The position numbers were made by a program, and so were the translations under genes. A stretch of DNA of 64,000 bases, taken from Nitrospirota bacterium. Lineage in GTDB: Bacteria; Nitrospirota; UBA9217. The notes under the pieces were generated by a model. It was not told the origin of the DNA. It did no database searches and saw only the letters and a program-made list of their open reading frames with translations. The DNA is taken from positions 382,785-446,784 of the forward strand of contig CAWIYV010000010.1 in NCBI GenBank assembly GCA_963840455.1, read 5' to 3'. Positions 54,898 to 64,000 of the stretch are shown here, piece by piece (position 1 is the first letter of the stretch; the number at the start of each line of letters is the position of its first letter).

Positions 54898-56013
54898 ATG
54901 AAACTGAAGATCAAGAAAGACGAAATCCTCAAGGGTTTGCAGCGGATCCAGGGCGTCGTCGACAAGAAGAACACGATGCCCATCCTTTCCAACATGCTCT
55001 TGATTGCCGATGGCAAGGGTGTCGAGATCATTGCAACAGATCTTGAGATAGGCCTGCGAGGACGCTATGTCGCGGAGGTAGAAAAGACCGGCGCAGTAAC
55101 CGTATCGGCCAAGAAGATGTTCGAGATCGTGCGAGAGCTTCCCGAGGAAAACATTCAGATACGCGTGGAAGACGGCAATTGGGTGAAGATCGTTTCCGGC
55201 CGCTCCCAGTTCAAGCTCGTCGGCCTTCCGAAGGAAGAGTATCCCAGCATGCCCGATGTGGCCGAAGAGGGGATGATCACCATTGCCGGGGATACGCTCA
55301 GGGACATGATCAAGAAAACCCTGTATGCAGCCGGTGAGAACGATGCACGGTACGTGCTGAACGGGCTGTTCGTGCATCTCACGCCGGGCAAAGGCGGCAT
55401 CAATATCCGCATGGTTGGCACCGACGGTCACCGTCTGTCCATGATCGACCGCAGCGTGGAGGCAAAGCATAAGGAAGAGAGCGTCATCGTTCCGAAGAAG
55501 GCCATGATGGAGCTCCGCCGGCTGCTGGAGGAAGATGAGTCGCAGGAGGGGTTCCAGATCGGTTTCAGCAAGAACCACGCCCTGTTCAAACGGGGAGATC
55601 TTGTGATGGTCTCAAAGCTTATTGACGGCAATTACCCGAACTATCAGCAGGTCCTGCCTGCTCAGAGCACGAAAAAAGTCACCGTCTCCAAGGACCAGAT
55701 CACCCATGCGGTGAAGCGTGTTTCGATTCTGTCCAAGGAAAAGACCAATGCCGTAAAGCTCCAGCTCGAGAAGAACGCGCTCCTGTTGTCTACGAACAAT
55801 CCTGAGGTAGGGGAGGCGAACGAAGAGCTCGAGATCGTCTATGGGGGCGACAGCCTTTCCATCGGATTTAACTCGCGTTATCTGATGGACGTGCTTATGT
55901 CCATGGACGGCGGGAACATAACGCTAGAGCTCAACGACTCGCTCAGCCCTTGTCTTATCAAGGAAGAGGGGAACGATTCATACAAATGCGTCGTGATGCC
56001 GATGCGGGTGTAA
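54898..56013 (+). CDS. dnaN: DNA polymerase III beta sliding clamp
   Basis: 371 aa, three-domain beta clamp. GGAGG RBS. Confidence 0.93.
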   Translation: MKLKIKKDEILKGLQRIQGVVDKKNTMPILSNMLLIADGKGVEIIATDLEIGLRGRYVAEVEKTGAVTVSAKKMFEIVRELPEENIQIRVEDGNWVKIVSGRSQFKLVGLPKEEYPSMPDVAEEGMITIAGDTLRDMIKKTLYAAGENDARYVLNGLFVHLTPGKGGINIRMVGTDGHRLSMIDRSVEAKHKEESVIVPKKAMMELRRLLEEDESQEGFQIGFSKNHALFKRGDLVMVSKLIDGNYPNYQQVLPAQSTKKVTVSKDQITHAVKRVSILSKEKTNAVKLQLEKNALLLSTNNPEVGEANEELEIVYGGDSLSIGFNSRYLMDVLMSMDGGNITLELNDSLSPCLIKEEGNDSYKCVVMPMRV

Positions 56014-56133
56014 ACGTCCTTCTTCATACGGACGAATAAGATCTGCAGATTGGAAATGCATACTTTAAAGCAAGCAAAACAGCTTCCAATCTCCCTGTTC
56101 CAAGGCATAATCTTCAATTCAGTACTGGTGTGA

Positions 56134-58584
<2,451 letters not shown>

Positions 58585-58836
58585 CCGCGTATACGGGAAG
58601 CTCCTTATATTGCAGGCTGCAGAGCGGGCTCATCTGGTATAACAAGCCTGCTATACCGCGCTCCTGAGGGACCGTGAAGCCGCCATCCAGGGCCTGTTGC
58701 AGGCGAACTTACGGGAACAGCGCAAGAAACACGAAACGCAGGGAAAGCCGCACCTGAACATCCTCCGGGAAGACCATGAGTTTATGAAGATCGTCGAGCA
58801 GCACGTCGAGCCGGACAGCGGGACCATAACGAGACC

Positions 58837-61320
58837 ATGGAACAACAGGAAATAAAATCCCAGATCAACATCGAGCAGGAGATGAAGACCGCCTATCTCG
58901 ACTACTCGATGAGCGTAATCGTGGGGCGCGCCCTGCCGGATGTGCGCGACGGACTGAAGCCGGTACACCGCAGGATCCTGTACGCCATGTTCCGGGAAGG
59001 CCTCCTGCACAACAAGAAGTACTCGAAGAGCGCCGGCGTCGTCGGGGAAGTGCTCAAAAAATATCATCCCCACGGCGACAGCGCCGTCTACGACACCATG
59101 GTGCGCATGGCCCAGGATTTCAACATGCGGTATCCGCTTGTGGACGGCCAGGGGAACTTCGGGTCCATTGACGGCGACTCCGCAGCAGCCTACCGGTATA
59201 CTGAGGCGCGCCTGACGAAGCTCGCTGAGGAGCTGCTCGCCGACATCGACAAGGAGACCGTGGAGTTCGTCCCGAACTTCGACGACACGACCGTCGAGCC
59301 GTCGGTACTTCCCACGCGCGTGCCGAACCTCCTGATCAACGGCTCGGCGGGCATCGCCGTGGGCATGGCTACGAACATCCCGCCGCACAACCTCGGCGAG
59401 GTCGTTGACGGCCTCGTAATGATGATCGACAACCCCGAGGTGACGATCCCGGAGCTCATGACCTCCATCAAGGGCCCGGACTTTCCGACCGCGGGCTTCA
59501 TCCACGGCTACGAGGGCATCCGCCAGGCCTATATGACGGGCCGGGGGATCGTCCAGATGCGCGCGCGGGTCACCATTGAGGAAGGGAAGGGCGACCGGGA
59601 GAGTATCGTCATCACGGAGCTCCCGTATCAGGTGAACAAGGCCCGCCTGCTCCAGAACATCGGCGAGCTCATCCGCGACAAGAAGATCAACGGGATCGCC
59701 GAGCTTCGGGACGAGTCCGACCGTCAAGGCATGCGCGTCGTGGCAGACCTCAAGAAGGGCGAGATCGCCAATGTCATTCTGAACCAGCTGTACAAGCACA
59801 CTGCGCTCCAATCGACGTTCGGCGTCATCATGCTGGCGCTGGTGAACAATCAGCCCCGGGTGTTGAACCTCAAGCGACTTCTGTCGAACTTCCTGCAGCA
59901 CCGGCGCGAAGTGGTCGTCAGGCGGACCAAATATGACCTCCGGAAGGCCGAGGAACGCGCACATATTCTCCTGGGCCTCAAGATCGCCCTCGAGAACCTT
60001 GATGCCGTCATTGCGCTCATCAAAGCGTCCAGGAATCCTGAAGAGGCGAAGGCCGGTCTGGTTCGCGAGTTCAAGCTCTCGGAGACCCAGGCCCAGGCCA
60101 TCCTCGAGATGCGGCTCCAGCGGCTCACAGGCCTTGAGCGGGACAAGATCATTGCCGAGTACGAGGAGACGCTCAAGGAGATTGCGCGCTTGAGCGAGAT
60201 CCTGGCCTCCGATGCCCTGGTCATGAAGATCATCCGCGACGAGCTCTTGGCGCTCAAGACCGAGTACGGCGACGCCCGGCGTACCGAGATCCTGGCCCAG
60301 ACCTCGGAGATCGGCATCGAGGACCTCATTAAGGACGAGGAGATGGTGATCACCATCTCGCATGCCGGCTATATCAAGCGGAACCCGCTTACGAACTATC
60401 GCGCCCAGCGCCGCGGCGGCAAGGGCAAGGTAGGCATGGAGACCCGCGAAGAGGACTTTGTCGAGCGGCTGTTCATGGCGACCATGCACAGCTATATCCT
60501 CTTCTTCACGAACAAGGGGCGCGTATACTGGCTCAAGGTGCACCAGATCCCTGAGGCGGGTAGGCAGGCCAAGGGCAAGGCCATAGTGAACCTGCTGCAG
60601 ATCGGCCAGGACGAGCGGGTCACTGCGGCCCTGCCGGTTCGTGAGTTCACGCCGGATCACTTCATCCTCATGGCAACCAAGCAGGGGATCATCAAGAAAA
60701 CAGAGCTCGATGCCTACAGCCACCCGCGGCCATCGGGTATCATCGCCATCACGCTCGAGGAGGGCGACGATCTGATCGGCGCAGAAGTGACCGACGGTAA
60801 ACGCGACGTGTTCCTTGGAACGAAGGATGGCCTCTCCATCCGGTTCAACGAGGAGGACGTACGCGAGATTGGCAGGACTGGAAAGGGCGTCATCGGCGTA
60901 CGGCTCGACGAGGGGAACGAGGTCGTGGGCATGGAGATCGTGCGCGATGATTCAACGATCCTCACCGTCACGGAGAACGGATTCGGAAAGCGCAGCTCCC
61001 TCGAGGACTACCGGAGCCAGAGCCGGGGCGGCAAGGGCATCATCACCATCAAGACCACAGCGAAGAACGGCAGGGTCGTTGCCATCGCCCAGGTGTCCAA
61101 GGACGATGAGATCCTGCTGATCACCGGGAACGGGAAGATCCTCCGCACCCGGGCGAAGGACATCTCGGTGCAGGGACGGAACACCCAGGGCGTGCGGCTT
61201 CTTGAAACCGAAGAAGGCGACAAGGTAAAGAGCCTTGCAAAGGTCGTGGAGCGCGAGGAGGAGAAAGAGGTCGGGACCGAAAAGGACCTCCCCGCTTCAC
61301 CGGTGACCGGGAACGCGTAA
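58837..61320 (+). CDS. gyrA: DNA gyrase subunit A
   Basis: 827 aa. Active-site region [11 protein letters not shown] and the GyrA-box beta-pinwheel C-terminal domain. Confidence 0.93.
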   Translation: MEQQEIKSQINIEQEMKTAYLDYSMSVIVGRALPDVRDGLKPVHRRILYAMFREGLLHNKKYSKSAGVVGEVLKKYHPHGDSAVYDTMVRMAQDFNMRYPLVDGQGNFGSIDGDSAAAYRYTEARLTKLAEELLADIDKETVEFVPNFDDTTVEPSVLPTRVPNLLINGSAGIAVGMATNIPPHNLGEVVDGLVMMIDNPEVTIPELMTSIKGPDFPTAGFIHGYEGIRQAYMTGRGIVQMRARVTIEEGKGDRESIVITELPYQVNKARLLQNIGELIRDKKINGIAELRDESDRQGMRVVADLKKGEIANVILNQLYKHTALQSTFGVIMLALVNNQPRVLNLKRLLSNFLQHRREVVVRRTKYDLRKAEERAHILLGLKIALENLDAVIALIKASRNPEEAKAGLVREFKLSETQAQAILEMRLQRLTGLERDKIIAEYEETLKEIARLSEILASDALVMKIIRDELLALKTEYGDARRTEILAQTSEIGIEDLIKDEEMVITISHAGYIKRNPLTNYRAQRRGGKGKVGMETREEDFVERLFMATMHSYILFFTNKGRVYWLKVHQIPEAGRQAKGKAIVNLLQIGQDERVTAALPVREFTPDHFILMATKQGIIKKTELDAYSHPRPSGIIAITLEEGDDLIGAEVTDGKRDVFLGTKDGLSIRFNEEDVREIGRTGKGVIGVRLDEGNEVVGMEIVRDDSTILTVTENGFGKRSSLEDYRSQSRGGKGIITIKTTAKNGRVVAIAQVSKDDEILLITGNGKILRTRAKDISVQGRNTQGVRLLETEEGDKVKSLAKVVEREEEKEVGTEKDLPASPVTGNA

Positions 61321-61321
61321 C

Positions 61322-62122
61322 ATGAGAAAGAGGCTGATGCTGATGCTCGTTCTCGGTGCGGCCCTTGCGGGGTTGGCCGGGTGCGAGCTCTTTGATAAAC
61401 AGGCAACGCTCGAGTACGAAGCGGCGACCAAGCGCTGGTACGCCGGTGACTACCCGGCGGCGGTATCGATGTATATCAGCCTGGTGAAGAACCATCCCTA
61501 CAGCCCCCATGCGGATAATGCGCTCTACTGGATCGGGGTCACCCAGTTCCTGTACCTGGGCGAGACCGAGAGGTCCCTGCAGACCTTCCGGCTCCTCCTG
61601 AAAAAATATCCGAGCCGTGACATGGCGCCTGCAGCACAGCTCTATATCGCCGAGATCTACGAGCTGGGCTACAATGACTATGTTCGTGCCATTGAAGAAT
61701 ACCGGAAGGCGACCCACTATTCCGACAAGGATGTGCGCGAGCGGAGCCTGTACAGTCTTGCTGACAACCTGTTCCGGGTCGGCAAGATTGACGACGCGCG
61801 GAGCACATGGAAGACCCAGGTTAAGGAGTTTCCCCGCGGCAGCAAGGCCGACCTGGCGCTCTACCGGCTGGGGACCACGGCGTTCTCTAAAGGCCAGATC
61901 GAGGAAGCGGAAAGCTATTACCGCAGGTCGCTTGAGGTGAGCAAGGACAAGGAGACCGTGGTCAAGGCCAAGTTCGCCCTTGCCCAATGCCTTGAGGCTT
62001 CGGAAAGCCTGAAGGCCGCCTTGGAGATCTACCAGGAGCTCGAGCCACTGTACCAGAACAAGGAAGCCATCCGGATCAAGATCAAGGCCCTGGAAACGCG
62101 GATCATCAAGAAAAGCTATTGA
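61322..62122 (+). CDS. tetratricopeptide-repeat lipoprotein (YbgF/CpoB-like)
   Basis: Lipobox LAGC followed by multiple TPR-like helices. Starts 1 nt after the gyrA stop. Confidence 0.65.
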   Translation: MRKRLMLMLVLGAALAGLAGCELFDKQATLEYEAATKRWYAGDYPAAVSMYISLVKNHPYSPHADNALYWIGVTQFLYLGETERSLQTFRLLLKKYPSRDMAPAAQLYIAEIYELGYNDYVRAIEEYRKATHYSDKDVRERSLYSLADNLFRVGKIDDARSTWKTQVKEFPRGSKADLALYRLGTTAFSKGQIEEAESYYRRSLEVSKDKETVVKAKFALAQCLEASESLKAALEIYQELEPLYQNKEAIRIKIKALETRIIKKSY

Positions 62123-62149
62123 CATCTCACAGGGGGCGTGTTACTTTTT

Positions 62150-63442
62150 ATGCTCGATTTAAGGTTCGTCAGGGAACATTCGGAAGAGGTCAAGGCGGGG
62201 ATCCGCAGACGCGGAACCGAGCTTGACCTCAGCGAGTTCCTCGCGCTGGACGAAAAACGGCGCAAGGCACAGCAGGAAGTGGACGATCTCCGGAGAAAGC
62301 GGAACGAGGTCTCCGAAGAGATCGGCAGGCTCAAGAAGGCAGGCCAGCAAGCCGACGACAAGGTCATCGAGATGCGCTCGGTCGGGGACTCCATTGCCGC
62401 GATCGAGGCGGTGGGCCGCGAGGCAGAAGAGGCCCAGCGGAACATCCTGCTGAACATCCCGAACCTGCCGCACGCGTCCGTTCCGGACGGCAGGGACGAG
62501 ACTGGGAATGTGGAAGTGAAGCGGTGGTCGCCTGAAGGGACCGAACCGCGGAAGCTCTCCTTTGAACCCAAGCCGCACTGGGACCTGGCGGAATACCTCG
62601 ACATCATCGATTTTGACCGGGCTGCCAAGATCACGGGAGCCCGATTCGCTCTTTATAAAGGCATGGGCGCAAGGCTCGAGCGGGCGCTCATCAATTTCAT
62701 GCTCGACCTCCATACGACCGAGCACGGATATCTGGAGGTCCTTCCCCCGTTCATGGTGAACCGGACCAGCATGACTGCCACGGGACAGCTTCCCAAGTTC
62801 GAGGAAGAGCTCTTCCGCGTGGAGAACGGGACATACTACCTGATCCCCACGGCAGAGGTCCCGGTGACGAACATCCCCCGGGACGAGATCCTGGCCGATG
62901 AGGTCCTGACGCTCAAGTACACCGCGTACACGCCGTGCTTCCGCCGGGAGGCGGGTTCCTATGGCAAGGACACGCGGGGGCTCATCCGCCAGCATCAGTT
63001 CAATAAGGTGGAGCTGGTGAAGTTCGCGCGGCCTGAGGAGTCCTACCGGGAACTGGATGCGCTTCTGGCCGATGCCGAAGAGGTGCTCAAGCGGCTCGGC
63101 CTGCCCTACCGGGTCATCACGCTTTGCGCTGGCGATATGGGTTTCTCTGCGGCGAAGACCTACGACATTGAGGTCTGGCTTCCGGCGCAAAACCGCTACC
63201 GAGAGATCTCGTCGTGCTCCAACTTCGAGGACTTCCAGGCCCGGCGGGGCAATATCCGGTACAAGCCTCAAGGCAGCAAAAAGACCGAATACGTGCACAC
63301 CCTGAACGGCTCCGGACTTGCCGTCGGGCGGACGGTCGTTGCGATCCTGGAGAACTATCAGCTGCCTGACGGCACCGTGGAGGTGCCGGAAGTGCTCAGG
63401 AAATATATGGGTGGTGCGGAAACGATCGTGCCCAGGAAGTAA
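62150..63442 (+). CDS. serS: serine--tRNA ligase
   Basis: N-terminal coiled-coil arm plus class II core motifs (FRRE, GSALA...RT). Start taken at MLDLRFV (ATG 62150). Confidence 0.92.
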   Translation: MLDLRFVREHSEEVKAGIRRRGTELDLSEFLALDEKRRKAQQEVDDLRRKRNEVSEEIGRLKKAGQQADDKVIEMRSVGDSIAAIEAVGREAEEAQRNILLNIPNLPHASVPDGRDETGNVEVKRWSPEGTEPRKLSFEPKPHWDLAEYLDIIDFDRAAKITGARFALYKGMGARLERALINFMLDLHTTEHGYLEVLPPFMVNRTSMTATGQLPKFEEELFRVENGTYYLIPTAEVPVTNIPRDEILADEVLTLKYTAYTPCFRREAGSYGKDTRGLIRQHQFNKVELVKFARPEESYRELDALLADAEEVLKRLGLPYRVITLCAGDMGFSAAKTYDIEVWLPAQNRYREISSCSNFEDFQARRGNIRYKPQGSKKTEYVHTLNGSGLAVGRTVVAILENYQLPDGTVEVPEVLRKYMGGAETIVPRK

Positions 63443-63513
63443 GCGCGGAACAGCAGGGAATACTTGATGGTCAATGGCAACGCACGATGCGGCGGGAATG
63501 AGTTTTCAGGAAC

Positions 63514-63599
<86 letters not shown>

Positions 63600-63717
63600 T
63601 ACAATAATAGTTCTGAGTCCATGGTACAGAGTTCAGATTTCAGAAAAGCAGAAGATAAAACGTTAGCAGATTCTGAGCTTTGAACTTAGAACGTTGAACT
63701 GTACACTGAAGTTAAAC

Positions 63718-63807
63718 GGAGAGGTGGCCGAGAGGCTGAAGGCAGCTGCCTGCTAAGCAGTTGTGGGGGTAACTCCACCCCGGGTTCGAATCCCGGCCTC
63801 TCCGCCA
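63718..63807 (+). tRNA. tRNA-Ser (anticodon GCT)
   Basis: Acceptor GGAGAGG/CCUCUCC, anticodon loop CUGCUAA, long variable arm, CCA encoded. Confidence 0.88.
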
Positions 63808-63874
63808 GTTATGACCGCGAGTGAGGAAATACAGACTCTATCATCGAATATCAAGAAGAAGGAGGAAGAACACA

Positions 63875-64000
63875 ATGAAGAGGATCGTAGCAGCAGTATT
63901 GGTCGCCGGTATGCTCGTATCGTTCGCCGGCTGCAAGAAAAAAGAGGAGAAGCCGCAGCTGCCGGCCGGCCATCCCAGCACGGAAGGCGGTATGCCGCAG
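63875..64000 (+). CDS. lipoprotein, N-terminal fragment (continues beyond the window)
   Basis: AAGGAGG RBS, then ATG and MKRIVAAVLVAGMLVSFAGCKKKEEKPQ (lipobox FAGC). Confidence 0.5.
   Translation, partial: MKRIVAAVLVAGMLVSFAGCKKKEEKPQLPAGHPSTEGGMPQ

Noticed and set aside
58651-63298. Minus-strand ORFs of 690, 334 and 379 aa
   Set aside because: Antisense to gyrA, the TPR lipoprotein and serS. Artefacts of GC-rich third-position bias.

Overview
This is a high-GC (about 60%) bacterial chromosomal segment that spans the replication-origin neighbourhood. Recognisable genes, read from the sequence and the six-frame track, are listed below in order.

Gene content, left to right:
- icd (N-terminal fragment, minus) and ndk (minus).
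- A Smr-domain protein.
- A second-messenger cluster: GAF/HD-GYP phosphodiesterase, DksA-like zinc finger, a class III nucleotidyl cyclase with a C-terminal PilZ domain, and a translationally coupled lipoprotein.
- A roughly 5.5 kb low-GC island (6021..11575) bounded by a 47-bp direct repeat of the 3' end of tRNA-Val(CAC). It carries a membrane-anchored class-A beta-lactamase-like serine hydrolase, a 1014-aa fused MFS/spermidine-synthase protein and a frameshifted IS200-type tnpA.
- rlmI, then three SurA/parvulin-family periplasmic chaperone genes and capA, all downstream of mfd.
- Two tandem paralogous glycine-rich small membrane proteins.
- rpmH-rnpA-yidD-yidC on the plus strand.
- A SAM methyltransferase, an MBL-fold hydrolase and a J-domain protein.
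- A c7 cytochrome gene followed, on the same strand, by paaK and iorAB; the c7 gene has its own terminator.
- A dioxygenase-like protein, rlpA, a Dabb protein, an FKBP-type isomerase and purL.
- bactofilin-parB-parA, then a Clp1-family polynucleotide-kinase-like gene flanked by two perfect palindromic parS sites, then rsmG-mnmG-mnmE.
- pgi, a frameshifted class-V aminotransferase, GIY-YIG, NUDIX, HD, S4 and HIT proteins, hisI, and dsrE-like/tusA.
- An AT-rich dnaA upstream region containing a perfect DnaA box, then dnaA-dnaN-gyrB-gyrA with no recF.
- A TPR lipoprotein, serS, two tRNA-Ser genes and a partial lipoprotein gene.

Origin placement. Left of about 53.3 kb most genes are on the minus strand; right of it all genes are on the plus strand. 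That pattern fits oriC lying just upstream of dnaA.

Assembly quality. Three apparent single-base frameshifts sit at homopolymer-rich sites (the IS200 tnpA, the pgi N-terminus and the class-V aminotransferase). They suggest indel errors or a draft-quality assembly.

Absences. No CRISPR array and no rRNA were found. Many long ORFs antisense to real genes are high-GC artefacts and were rejected.
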